Source of the DNA: Raillietiella orientalis | Lineage: Eukaryota | Assembly: GCA_036172245.1 (NCBI GenBank) | Contig: JAYWIR010000076.1 | Coordinates: forward strand, 360,229 to 380,228 | Length of the DNA stretch: 20,000 bases | Direction of reading: 5' to 3' | In this document: in pieces, positions 1 to 11,451 of the stretch | Numbering within the stretch: the stretch's first letter is position 1 | Layout of the letters: the number at the start of each line of letters is the position of its first letter | Made by a program: the position numbers and the translations under genes | Notes under the pieces: model-generated | Told to the model about the DNA's origin: nothing | Database searches by the model: none | Seen by the model: the letters and a program-made list of their open reading frames with translations, nothing else

Positions 1-395
1 CATTCCAGGATCAGTGGGCTCTCTCGCGCTGTGAGATGACGAGCTGCTTGACGAGCGAGACTCGCGTCATCCTCCATTGTGTAGCTAATTGAGACCCTAT
101 TCCGTTGCCTACGTTCTGTTTCAGCACACTACTCAATATTCGAATAGAACCGAATTTCCGAAGGTCGTCCGTTGCCCGGGGATCCACTTGTGGGTTCGAA
201 CTGCTCCCTCGTCCTCACCTGAACTGTTGGATACGCGAGTTGAGTTTCTGGACCGTCGCTTGGCATGTCCCTCCGGTCGTTAGGACGTCCGTCGTGTTCT
301 CGAAGTACGTATTGTTTATTCTTGAACTTTGCCCGCATCCAAGTATCACTTTGGAAGTTTGACCATTTTCGGCATGGGATCATTGCGGGTCTTAC

Positions 396-542
396 CTATG
401 CAGCAAACACCGATCCCCAGGGCGCATTGACCATTCCTCAAACCACCGGCATTTGAGCACTCTCCAGGAGGAAGGCACGTCCCGTTGCGCGAGTTGACGA
501 AGCAAGGCGTGTTTTGTATCCGCACTATTTGCATCAGTGAAC
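396..542 (-). CDS. Coding exon 2: N-terminal Cys-rich module of arthropod CUB-domain-family secreted proteins; gene continues beyond position 1
   Basis: Acceptor tttcgtcctcctcttcAG|GT at 543/542 and donor ATAG|GTAAG at 396/395; 147 nt, phase 1-1. Encodes (R)SLMQIVRIQNTPCFVNSRNGTCLPPGECSNAGGLRNGQCALGIGVCCI, matching the pattern VxFxNxxC-x-NGTC-x4-EC-x3-GG-x3-GxCAxGxGVCC. No CUB domain is visible in this window, so that part is inferred. Confidence 0.85.
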
Positions 543-983
543 CTGAAGAGGAGGACGAAATGATGAGTACTCGGTGGTGATCCCGAAACGCCATTTACGT
601 TTGCCACGAAAATCGTGCCCGTCGAAGAAAGCGTCATTGGGTGTCATCGCTTGACACTGTCGGCGAAGTTCCAGTTGCACGCGTTTTGAGGAATGCTTTC
701 AACAGGAATGGTTTCGATCGTCCAACGAGGTCATACGCTGGCGTGGGAAGGATTGGGAAGAAGCACGTGGAGGGAACATTCGGGAATAAGGAGATTGAGG
801 AGGTGCACGACTTCGATTCCTCTCGTGCTTCGCCCTAGGCCACCTGACTGAGGACGAATGGCTGCACTCAGCAGGCGCGTTCTTCTCGAACTGGCAAGCA
901 CAGAGGAATCCGTGCAAGAGGGCAGCTGCCCGACGGCATGTGCGCCTCTGCAGCTCGGCCAAGTCGACTCGTTTGGCATGGCG

Positions 984-1060
984 GTGGTGAATGTGTGTGT
1001 GGATGTGTGCGAGTGGGTAGGAAGGTGGATGTGTGGATGCATGCGTGTGCTTGTGTGTTC
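984..1060. repeat. Degenerate (GT)n-rich microsatellite in intron 1
   Basis: gtggtgaatgtgtgtgtggatgtgtgcgagtgg...gtggatgtgtggatgcatgcgtgtgcttgtgtgtt. Confidence 0.6.
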
Positions 1061-1114
1061 GGAATAGCCTCAAGCGAAAACGCGCAGAGGTCCGCGGAAG
1101 CACTCGTTACTTAC

Positions 1115-1247
1115 GGGATTGGTGTCTTGAGGTTGTGTTTGCTGCTTCTCCCTGCATGCACGTCATGACGAAAATTCCCAAAATCCACGCACACATCTCG
1201 AAAATCGCGCAGCCACCTTGGTAACCACCTCGAGTTGTCAGCTCCAT
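1115..1247 (-). CDS. Coding exon 1 (signal peptide) of a secreted Cys-rich, probable CUB-domain-family protein
   Basis: ATG at 1247 (alternative ATG at 1196) reads MELTTRGGYQGGCAIFEMCAWILGIFVMTCMQGEAANTTSRHQS+C and ends at a consensus donor C|GTAAGT (intron starts at 1114). It has a hydrophobic core (WILGIFVMTCM). The phase-1 end joins exon 2 as C+GT=Arg. This frame is absent from the ORF track. Confidence 0.8.
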
Positions 1248-3692
1248 GGATGCAATTCCCTCGGTTTGCGGCAACCCTTAGATGAAAACCTCTCCGCAAG
1301 ATACGTTTTTTGTGAACAAAATGATGTTCTTGAATGACAAAAGAGGAAAACGGTGAGGTCAGTTTTTTTTTTTCTCCAATGTGCGTTTGTGAGTTTTTGT
1401 GTCTGCTGGGGATGCCCGTTATTCGGAAAGGGCCGGTTGTGGTTCCATGTTCTGGTGTCTGGGGAAATACCAGTGGATTTAAAGAAAATCATTTCGGTCT
1501 TTCAATTTTATTACATTAATTTAGAACTTTTGCTGGATCTTTCTCTGTAGGTCTGTTTCATGAGTAACAAAGACACTCTACGGATTCGTATAGGGCAAAA
1601 CAGGAGTGGTGTTCTTTTCTGCTCTGATCAAAGGACGCTCTCCAAGCAAACTCCTCGGTTCTCGCAAGTTTCGCAGGCAAATGGTCAACTGCGCTTGCAG
1701 GCGAGCGGGCGACGAGACCTTCCAGAAGAATGGTATACGACGCAGTGCAGCCTTACTTTCCCATGTGCTTTACATGCTGAACGTCCATTCACACTCAGTA
1801 GTCCATGTGGGGTAACAGAAAGTGGCAAAGGAGAAAAGCCTCACATGCGATGTGGCAGCATTTTTTATCGCGTTCTGAATCAAATGTGCGTTTTAGATAG
1901 CATCCGGAACGCGCATTTGATACCAACAGCCGGCCGTTTCTGTTCTGCTGCGAGCAGACTCTTTTGGTATTCGAATTGACCGTGTCAGTGTAGGGCTCGC
2001 GAATTGATGTGCCGTTCTCGCTTGGCAAACTGTCTGAGGCAAAACTACTCATTGGATAGCTTACGTCAGAGGAATTGCCATTTGCTCTTCGTATCGTTGC
2101 ATTTCTGGAGACATTCCAAAGACAGAACTGTGTATTATTCCAGCAAAAGGATCTGCAGCCTGTGCAGCCTCTTTGAACTTTTCGTACCCGTAGTTCTCTA
2201 TCCTTGCGTTCTTTTCTGAGCGTAAATTGCTATAAGCAAAAAAGCTGAAAAGCCACGCTGCCTTTTATGAAATTCTTGCAGCTACTTGGCTGATTCGAAA
2301 CGGAACCTTCTCCGTTGCCCGCAGAGCTCTGCATCCTTGCAGTGCTCGCTGCAACTTGAAAGGGAAAGCGCTCGCTGAAGAAAAGAAACTTTGTCCTGAG
2401 ATGAAGCACTTGCTAGACGGATATAAGTAGAGGGGAACAGTTTCTCGTCGCTCTTGAAGTCCTTTTTCCTGATGCGGAAATGACGGCATTGGAAAAGGCA
2501 AACTTTGAACTTCCTCTCCCTACGCCCAATCTTTTTCCTGTTGATACCGTCATACGCGACATTCGTCATCTCATTCGTCAAGGGAATATCCTTTATCGAA
2601 AGGCGTGCTTCCTTCATATGCATGAATTGACCTCAATGAGAAGCTTTACTTCACGTCCGTGAAGTACGTCGACCGTTCATCTGTTAATTAGCGGTGCAAC
2701 ATATTTTGCTCCTTGGTTTCCTCGAGTTGATGAGTGAGTAGAAGAATACGATTTTAGCGAATGTTATTGGGTGCAATCACGACTGATTATTTGGAACGAT
2801 ACTGATTGTGGATGAGTCCTCGTTGTGCGAAAAGCATTTGTTTCCCTCTGGAAAAATTGCAATTTTCGAAGCACAATGAAGAACGTTCAAGGTATAACTT
2901 CAACCCACTCTGAAATAAGAAACTTTGATGATGGGGAGATGATGGTCGGTTTTTGATTTGCTCGGGTGTACCTGAATGGACCACCATTATTTCTGCAAGG
3001 CGATGCTGCCTCATGGCTCTGCCGGTTTAAATGTGTGGTGGCTTTCTGGAAATGAATCTTAGAAAGCGGCTCCTTGGTGCTTTGAAGAAGAAGGGCTTAT
3101 GTGGTTCCTTCCAAGGATAGCAAAGAGGCGCTTGGTATGAGAAAAAGTGTCTGTTTAAGTCCCAATTATCTTACGCACACCAAGGAAGCATCGGGAAATT
3201 GTCGGAAACACATTGATGCACCGTGAAAGTGAAAGAAAATGAGAGAACTGTATTGCGCTGGACATTTTGCGTGTCACCGCGAAATACTTTAATTGACGAG
3301 GGACACTGTGACGAAATGTAATATTGGGAAGAGAGTGAAGGGGTAGGATGGGGAGAAGATGAGCTCAGTAGTGACCATTTTGTTTTGGGATTAATGGAAG
3401 TGTCGGAGGAGGGTGGTGGCACTTGTGATGTTAAAATGATGATTGCATAATAAATGATGACGGTAAAGTAATGGAGAATAAGGAATCAGAATATATCGGC
3501 ATGGAATGTGGAAATCGATCGATCCGTTATAGAATTCATTGTAGTAATTTTTATTGGCAGCGTATTGCTATTTGTTATTTGAAATTCAAATTGTTCTAAT
3601 AAAGTCGTGAGGGTAAATCGTCTTGAACTGAAAAGAACTGTTGCTGCAGATTTCGGAACTCTGAGGGGATAAGAAGCGCGGATGATCTTTTA

Positions 3693-5867
3693 CAGGGGTG
3701 TCAAACTGTGGGCCCTCGATGTGATGTTATGTGGCCCTCCATCCTCTGAAATCAAAAGAAAAAAGCATACACACCCACCCACACAATATGTTACGAGGAA
3801 AATAGAGAGTAACCTTCGCGCCGTTGCTATGGCATCCGCCATGATGCACTGGTCAACCGTGGGAGACCTGTGGAAGTCCCAAATGCATCGTTAGAAATAA
3901 CCCGAGTCTTTTGAAATTTTAAAATGTAGATGAAACCCCTATTTCTTTATACGGAGAATGTTGCTTTCGACGCGAAGCAAAAAGCGAAAGATTGATGACG
4001 AGAGAAGAAGATTTTAAGAAAGGTGGGAGCCGAACTACTTTTGTGTGGAAAGGAGCAATGAAATTACGCGCTTAATTTGCTAAAGAACACAACATGAAGC
4101 GTCATTATAGCACGAATCTCGAAGAAGAGGTTTGGTGCTTTGAAGGAAATGCAAGAGAAGAAAAATGGAAAACAAGGAAGAATTCACTTCACAGCCAGCG
4201 GCGACGAGTGCTTACAAAATTCACGAAAAGTAGTGAATCAGTGTCAACAGTGTCTATTTATTAGAGAACCGTTGGAAATCATCCACCGAATTCCTCTGTC
4301 CAGAACAGTCTCTACAGTCGTTTCCAGATATACCACTATCAAGATGCACGGTGGCAGACAGAATTGCAGACATGGCAGCTGACAGCTACAGGAAATATCT
4401 ACCAAAGTGCAGTTCTTTTCGATGAGTGCGCGGATGTAAGAGATGTTGCAGAAGTTACTGATTTTTTTTTTTCCGTGGTTGAGATGACAACGTGAGGATC
4501 ACCGAAAAATTGTCGGAAGTTGGAATCCTCTTCACGTAACCACAACTGGTGGAGACACTTTTGGTGCCGTATAAAGCATTTTGGAAAAATGAAAACTTCC
4601 TCTTGACAGTCTGTTTCCGTGACAACAGCTGACGGCTTCAGATCGATGACGATTGAAACGAAAGGATCTGTGTCAAGACCAGCAGCAAAATTACAAGATG
4701 AATGTCCAGAGAGACCGAGAACAAGTTTTCTGTTAAAGAATGTGAAAAACGGACGGAGAGATGCTTAGAACAGGAGCAAAAACAGTCAACTTTATTGGAT
4801 GGAGAGCGCTTGACGATCGCGAATTTACTTCGTTCCTTGAAAATTTGGAATTCCAACATCTTCCTCATCGCACAGAGGTCAGTTGGTCAGTTCTGCTGCC
4901 ACAATGTCCTGAAGAGCTCCTATCTGCTTTTTGAGAAGATTATCGTATTTCTTGGAATGAAAGATGAAGAGAACGAAAATATCTCGGGTATGAAAGATCC
5001 CTTGTGATAGAGGGCTATCTATTTTCCAGCAGAGGAAAGTTTTGTACAAGAACTGACTTTGTTTAAAAATCATTCCCAAAAAGTGTTTTGACGTATCTTC
5101 CAACGTGTGAGCAGTTAAGAGCACAAAATCAAAGTCGCTCGTCTTCACAATATTGTGACGAAATGGAAGAAACGAATAACGAATTCGACAGAAGTTTTTT
5201 CGAAGAGTCACAAGAGAAGAAATTTCTTGTGACTTTTTCTTTGCAGTTGAAAAAAGCTCCCACTTCGAAATAAGCAGAATTAATTGATTTCCAGAATGAT
5301 TCGGTTTCAGAAGACAAACATCGGGAAGTTGGAATTTATCAAAATGTATTCTCGCTTAGGTGAAAAATACCCGGAAGTGAAAAAGTTTGCTGCGCAGAGC
5401 TTATGCTATTTTGGGAGGACGTGTTCGTGTGATAGCATGAAATTTGGTGCATGGAGGGAAATAAAACGGCTCGCAGATAAAGAGCAGCTGAGAAACATCG
5501 ATCCCTAATGAAGACATAATCTGATAGATATCTCTAATGAAGATTGTTTGCTCTTAGTCTTTGATTCCAGATATTGAAAAACGAGAAAGGGGAAAGGGCT
5601 GGCAAGTTTCTGGTGCAAAAAAATGAAATTTAGTTTTATGAACACATTAAACCAAATGATCGTCTAAATAAAATCATTAATATATCAATTATTTACCATT
5701 ACACCAAATTCACTTAATTACAGAATGTGTTTTAACTACCCTATTTATATTCCTGAATCCTCACTTCAAAAAGTAATTTTAAGAAAATTTGTAAATGCTG
5801 TGTCCCCCGTGTAAATCTTACCGGTCGCATTAAATGACCCGTGGTTTCAATGAGTCTGACACACCTG
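3693..5867 (+). mobile_element. Decayed hAT (Charlie/SPIN-like, GTF2IRD2/EPM2AIP1-type) DNA transposon with both terminal inverted repeats
   Basis: Left end CAGGGGTGTCAAACT (3693-3707); right end reverse complement CAGGTGTGTCAGACT (5853-5867); 13/15 identical. Collinear transposase motifs lie between them. An 8-bp TSD is not recoverable (atctttta vs ctctagga). Confidence 0.9.
3975..5590 (+). pseudogene. hAT transposase pseudogene
   Basis: Ordered fragments with stops and frameshifts: KRKIDDERRRF*ERWEPNYFCVE..LIC and KEHNMKRHY (BED-like zinc finger, ~3980-4110), DECADVRDVA (catalytic DESTD equivalent, ~4421), TTTGGDTF (~4540), SVTT.DG (~4617), KYPEVKKFAAQSLCYFGRTCSC (dimerisation domain, ~5365-5430). 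Confidence 0.88.
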
Positions 5868-5878
5868 CTCTAGGATGA

Positions 5879-7800
5879 TGGGGGTCAGACTCGGGGCCAG
5901 GTGCAGACTCGGGGCTAAATGAGACTTCCGCGACATGATGAACCCGCGTACCGTTTGAGGAAACATCTGGAAACCCCCCCCCCCCCATGCACTACGCACA
6001 GCCGTGTTTTTTGCGTCGACACGTGACTGCGCAGTCTGTCTCTCTCTCAGCCGAAGTATTTCACGTAAGCAGGAAGTGCCGCGAACGGACCGTGCGGTGA
6101 TGGACCTTCCTGCCCTTGATTTCATTCATCCCACTGATGGGTAGCACTGAACCTTTGGATTGCAAGTGGCAAAGGGTCCAAAGGGGTTTTCAGGTGTTCA
6201 TATGATGTACATGCTGGAATAGATTTGCAGAACAAAAAAAAAACTGATGCAATCACTGAGGATGGCATAAGATGGATGCGACTCTCGTCCGTCATTACTT
6301 TTGCTGGTAGTGCACTCTGCTGGGTGGAGTACTCGTCTTCCTTCGTTGACATCTTCTCCTCTAACAGGCTCGTGACTCTCTACCTGGACCAGCTGCTCTT
6401 CAAGTCCTCCGGAGATCTCTTTAGATGTCTTTTGCTTTCAATCCTTCGAGAATGGACTCTCCTTGATCATTTTTCAGCTCATTGCGATTTGTTTCGTCAG
6501 CATAGCGCACATCGGAGCAGGAATGCAAACTATAAATATCTTTCTCAGCTGCCACATTCATCACTCACCTATTTTTTCTATCTCCCTTTTCGTCCAACAC
6601 ACCATTTCCTTTTCATGGGAAAATTTTTTTGTTTCCAGCTCCACTGTAAGCCTTATAAGGCACTGCCTTATTATCAGTGCGATTCACCCGAGAACTCTCC
6701 TCCCTGCTCCTGGAGCTGGATAGCTACCTTCAAACCACTCATCACTGCATCAAAAGAAGGCAAGGCAACTGTTGGCAAACCTCATCTTGGCAAATTTTGA
6801 ATCCTGCAATTTGTAACTGGATGTAGCAGTATTAATTTGAATAATAAAGAGCATCGCAGATCTTTGAAAGAAATTTCTACAAAAGAATGATCCTATGATG
6901 AAGAGTTCCGAATTGAAACACGACACTGCAGAGGCAAGGTGGCTAGTTCCCGGAATTTCTTCCAAATGTGGTTTGCGTTGGGATTGCAGCAGCTTATTAG
7001 CAGATCAACAGAAGGAAACGTGTGCTCTTGCTTCCTGTGCCTGGCTTTCCTTCCTGAGGCATCTTTGCAATCATTTTCAGTCATCCTTCTGTTGAAAAAG
7101 GCGTACAAAGTATACCAGAATGGAGGTTGATCCGCCTTAGGGGAGTCGTATTCTAGACCTTCCTCTCCAGCTTTGTGATCCGGTTCCTGGATCATCTTCA
7201 TGGGAACAGCAGCCTTCGACCCCACGTGCCAATACATTTCCGTCGCTGCAAGTGAGGCTGTCTCCGCGAAGCAGGAGGCGTTGTGCAACTGGATATGCTC
7301 ACTTACCTCTCTTACTTTCCTTTACTGAAGCGAGCGGATGCCATTGAGGGGCCGAAACCCCATGTTGCATCCTCGACAAGGCATCTGACGCTCAAGTTCG
7401 GAAGATGCTGGAGATGATGCCTTCTGCGCATGCGATGCAACTCATGCTTTCCAAAGTTGAAGTCTTCGCGAAGTATAGCTCCTAACATTGTCACAAGTTC
7501 GGAAAGGTTCTAAAAGGACTTTGCAAGGCAGTCTGAGTTCAAGAAACACAAGAAGGGCAGGTGATGAGTGCCAAACTGTGAATGTTCCGTTCCCATACAC
7601 GATCCCAATATAAGAAACGATTTCCGAAGCCCTGAGAGAGTTTTAGGCAGTGCAAAGGTACATTGAAAATATTTCCAGTTTGATGCATTTGTCCATCCAC
7701 AGCAGTGTCACTATTTGTTACTTCGCGTCATCCATATGGAGAGAAGCAGAAGTTTCTAAAGCACATTCTTTACGCACACATATAGAGTGTGTTTTGCCAT
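5879..7800 (-). mobile_element. Probable highly decayed Mutator-like (MULE) transposase with SWIM-type zinc finger
   Basis: On the minus strand, QRRKC(I)WHV can be restored with one frameshift (7223-7248; MULE CxWH motif). DECGS*..IYS(C) at ~6520-6562 resembles the CxxCxxCxHxYSC SWIM region. LHMD..IVTLLWMD lies at ~7690-7745, and an end-proximal repeat cagactcggggc occurs twice. All motifs need frame correction and no second TIR was found. Confidence 0.4.
5886..5915. repeat. 12-bp direct repeat CAGACTCGGGGC x2 (possible transposon subterminal repeat)
   Basis: cagactcggggc at 5886-5897 and 5904-5915, starting 18 nt after the hAT right end. Confidence 0.75.
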
Positions 7801-8754
7801 GAGATTAATGGCTCGACCGTTTGGCTCACGCTGATACCGGAAATGCTTCCAGATTGAAATTTGCAGATTTCCTTGGGGCAGATTCGTACAACGCGCCTAA
7901 CAAATCAGTATTTTCAAAACAGACACGTTGAAAAACGCAACTCACAATACCTCGGACAGGGAAATAAATGAAATCGGCACTCGGAATATATCTCCATCGT
8001 GCCGATTTCACAACGATGTTCGCAGCAATGAAGTTCAACGTTCCACTCGTCTTTCGTGGACTGTGGATCTATTCTCGTGAGAAACATGCGTGTGTGCAAA
8101 CAGTACAAAAATCGGCAAATCAGACGTTACCTTCTTCATAAGTAATGTTTCTGAACACTGATTCCGTTAACGGATAAGAGTTATGGCTAGTCGTGGGGAA
8201 ATGGTTGCTTCCTAACTATGGGAGTGCTTACGGATGTGCTTGACAGGTCGGTGCCTCTCAGCTGAAGGGAGTTACCTACAGAGTACTGATCTCACAAATA
8301 CCTGGAAAGTGCCAGGAGTTTGTAATGTGCAACAGCAGCACGGATTTTGGTCCACGGAGTTTCATGCAATTTGGAATGCATTGCTGGAATGATCATCTGA
8401 AATGCAAGTATTGCAAAGAAAACTGACTCTACCTACTCTACTCTACGATACCCAAGTAGCATTGCTCATGCTGATTGGGAACATCAAATCGGTTCGTTCT
8501 GATCTCTTACTAACCTAAGCGAAGCTGCAAGCTTATTCTAACGAATGTACTGTTCGGAAATCTGAAGATGAACCATAAACAAAGAATTCGTGGTCCAATC
8601 ATGAGAGGAATTTTCTGATGGCCTCGAATATGGAACCTTTCCGATGCGTTTCTTAATCTCTTGGTTCTCTCGAGAGATGTCGTAAGTGTTCAGAGCAATG
8701 TGAGAGAAGGGATGCTATGGTGCTTTATGTGGCTTCTTTCTTGGACGCGAAAAT

Positions 8755-9695
8755 TGGGTGCCATTGAAATCACGTGATTCTTGCCTTCGGTTTTCATCGC
8801 CCCCTTACGGACTTGGCGAGGCGTAGAGCGAGGCGGGTGCCTCCCATCTTCTCAATGACGGCGGGCCGGTTCTCGCCTTTCGAACCAAGCGCTGACCACC
8901 CGACCTTTTCGGTCGTTCGGATTGCCCTGCGCGCACGTCAGAGCTCTTCCCTCGTTCCGCGAGGCAGTACATCCGTCAAAAGCTAACGTGGGCCTCCTTG
9001 AGGCCACTTAAGGACCCTTGAGACCGAACTTAAGTACGGATCAGCGAGGACGGAAACCACAGGTTGAGCAGAAGCGCGAAACCTGGTTTCATCCGGATTT
9101 TCAGTACGTACGCAGACCGCGAAAGCGAGCCCTACAGAGACCCCCTTGACATTGCGCGCAGATCGTGATTTTTGAGCAAGACGTCTCAGAGAAGTTACTT
9201 TTATAGAGGACTGGATTGTGGCAGACAGGAGTTCATAGCGACGTCGCTCCTTGATTCTTCCGTACCTTCACGAATTCTTCGATATCTTCTCTCCCTATAT
9301 TCAGAAGACAGAATTCGCTAAGCGTTGGATCGTTCACTCGTCAACAGGGAACGCGATCTGCGTTTAGACCGTCAGGTTGGTTTCATCCTACTGATGACTG
9401 CTCGTTGCGATGGGAATCCTGCTCATCCCGGGAGCCGCTGCAGGTTCGAACATCTGGTACACGACCTTGGTCCAGTGGTGATCATGCCGCCGTATTATGC
9501 CTGAACGCTCCTAACACAGAATCCGTCGTAGACGTGAGCAATGTATCGGACGGACAGGCTCGGCGTGCCAGGAATTTTCTTCCGTTCTTTAGGGACCAGT
9601 CCTGCCTCTGTCGTCAATCCTCGGCAAGCGAAGAAAAAAACTCATCAGGGCGTCCTCGCGCAGCGACTCAGCCCGCGGATGTACGCGTTTTCGTA
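8755..9695 (+). pseudogene. Dispersed 28S (LSU) rRNA pseudogene, 3' part (domains V-VI)
   Basis: Collinear matches to conserved eukaryotic LSU blocks: gcagtacatccgtcaaa, gattttcagtacg..agaccgcgaaagc, gttcatagcgacgtcgct, agaattcgctaagcgttggatcgttcac, agggaacgcgatctgcgtttagaccgtc, cctactgatga, aatcctgctca..gcaggttc, attatgcctgaacgc, and a 3'-terminal gactcagccc. The sarcin-ricin loop AGTACGAGAGGAAC is destroyed (~9424-9438) and GTGAGAC is missing after tttagaccgtc, so it is non-functional. Confidence 0.93.
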
Positions 9696-10149
9696 ATCCG
9701 GAGTGTCATCAAGCATTCCGTACGGTGAACGTGGATTGTGACCAGGGTGCGGAGTGGCATTTCATAAAAAAAATAGAGAACATCTTCAAATTTGTGTGGT
9801 TGGACCACCCATTCAGCAACGACCGTTTCAACGGGAGTCTGCCGGGTCACCGATGCGCAGAACAGAGAGGCTCGCTACGACAGGAGAGGGTAGAGGGCAA
9901 ACAAAAAGAAAATACACAAGCAATAAATAAATATACTTGGGAAGGTGCGGGAAAGAATCACGTCCTGCTGGAAGTGATCCTCTGCATTTTATCGAGAATG
10001 CCGTCAAGCGCTTGCTACACGCTGTTCTTCTGGTGGATCCATCTTGTTACCGTATTCGTGAAGCAAACAGCAAGGTGGATGGCATTTCTGTTGCTGTGTC
10101 CTCCCCTTGCATCGCCCCAGACCCCTGCAATCCCATATACGCAGCAAAG

Positions 10150-10498
10150 AGTGGTAATAAGTGTGGTTGTGTTTATGGGAGGGTATGAATTGGGCTTGGA
10201 AGTGGGGGGACGGTTAATGTTTTGGGTAAGTTGATCGTTTGCCGTATGATTTTTTTGAAGGGACGTCTGAGTTGCTGTCTGGATATAATGTGGAGTATGG
10301 TGGTAGTAAATTTGTTTTGTGATTTTTATCTGAATATGAATTTATTGTTCATTGAAGATTGATTACAAGATGAATGTATATTATAGGGGGTTATATGGTG
10401 GGAGTGAAGAGTTTGTTTGTAATGTATGTAATTATGTGACGGCGAAGGGTATTGCCACGTTATCGTTATGATAGGATATGCGTTGAGGCATTTTGTTA
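10150..10498 (+). pseudogene. ND1: NUMT: mitochondrial NADH dehydrogenase subunit 1, C-terminal half
   Basis: In the invertebrate mitochondrial code: [35 protein letters not shown] (from 10233) and WRRSVLPRYRYD (~10437-10472), matching [22 protein letters not shown] and RGTLPRFRYD. Strong G+T skew. Confidence 0.92.
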
Positions 10499-11451
10499 TA
10501 TTGCAGATTTGAAGAATATAAAGCAGATGAGTGATGAATCTTTTCTGAGGGATAATATTGATGAAGTGATGGTTTGATTTCCCTAATCATGTGAGTATTG
10601 AAAATGATGAAATTAGCATTGAGAGGAGAATTTTTTTTGTAGGGTAGTAGTGAGAGGATGGAAGGGTTGGAAGTTTGTATATTGGTAAGGTGGTTAGGAT
10701 AAGAATACCGGAGATTAGGGCGATTACTCCTTCTAGCTTGTTGTCTAGGGATCGATCGTAGAATAGTGTGAGTGAATCATCTGGGTTGAATGTGCGTAGG
10801 AGTTACCAGGGGGCTGAAGAGCATGAGATTTTCTTCGGATATGAATATGTGAGGGAAAAAGGTGGATGTAAGGAGGAAGAGTGTGGCGGATGGTAGAAGA
10901 CCTGTTAGGTCTTTCATGATGAAGAATGTTCGGAAGGGGAGCACGTCTAGGTTTCCCTTGGTTCCTAGAGGGTTTGAAGAGAAGCTTTTTTGGAAAAAAA
11001 ATAGATGTGATGGGGAGATGATTACTATAACGAAGGGTGAGATGAAGTGTAGGGAAAAAGATCGATTAAGAGTAAGGTTGGAGACGAATAAATTTCCTCA
11101 TAAAAAGGAGATGATGTGTTGTCCAATGAAAGGAACGATGATGTTATTATTAGTAAGATAAAAAGAAGTAATCCCGATATTTAGGTTGTAATATTTTTAT
11201 AAAAGGAGTATAATGCGCGGAAGGTGTGCAGGTGGATTGCTATGAAAAATAGGGAGGCCGCGTGGGCGTGAAGTACCGCCTAAGTCATCCGTTGCTGGAA
11301 TTGTGTATTATATTGATGATTGATGAAAACGCTTCTGCACTATGGGGGGCGAAATGTGCGGAGATGATAATGCCTGTTGTTAGTTGAGTGATTAGAAAGA
11401 TTCCTATTACGGAGCCTGGATTCCAAGAGTAATAGATGTTTGATGGTGTGA
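10497..11451 (-). pseudogene. CYTB: NUMT: mitochondrial cytochrome b
   Basis: TPSNIYYSWNPGSVIGIFLITQLTTG..AFSSI..NG(TGA=W)L, VLHAHAASLFF, VPFIGQHIISFLWG..LTLNRSFSLHFISPF, SSNPLG, KDLTG, VTPTHIQP, ILRSIP.NKLEGVIAL, LTWLG. Contains frameshifts and internal deletions. Confidence 0.95.

Noticed and set aside
699..1103. His/Thr-rich ORFs
   Set aside because: They are translations of the intronic GT/CA microsatellite.
2795..2880. GTILIVDESSL, a Walker-B-like motif suggesting a helicase or Helitron
   Set aside because: Isolated short motif with no Walker A or other helicase motifs; 1560-3600 remains unassigned.
6225..6800. 191-aa plus-strand ORF
   Set aside because: TTG start and no motifs; most likely the antisense shadow of the minus-strand fossil.
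9391..9650. CTGATGA hammerhead cores at 9391 (+) and ~9642-9648 (-)
   Set aside because: The first is native 28S sequence; neither has the required stems and a properly placed GAAA.
9725..10234. 169-aa ORF with hydrophobic stretches
   Set aside because: GTG start, no recognisable domain, and its end reads into the nad1 NUMT and stops at a TGA (Trp in mitochondria); a chance chimaera.
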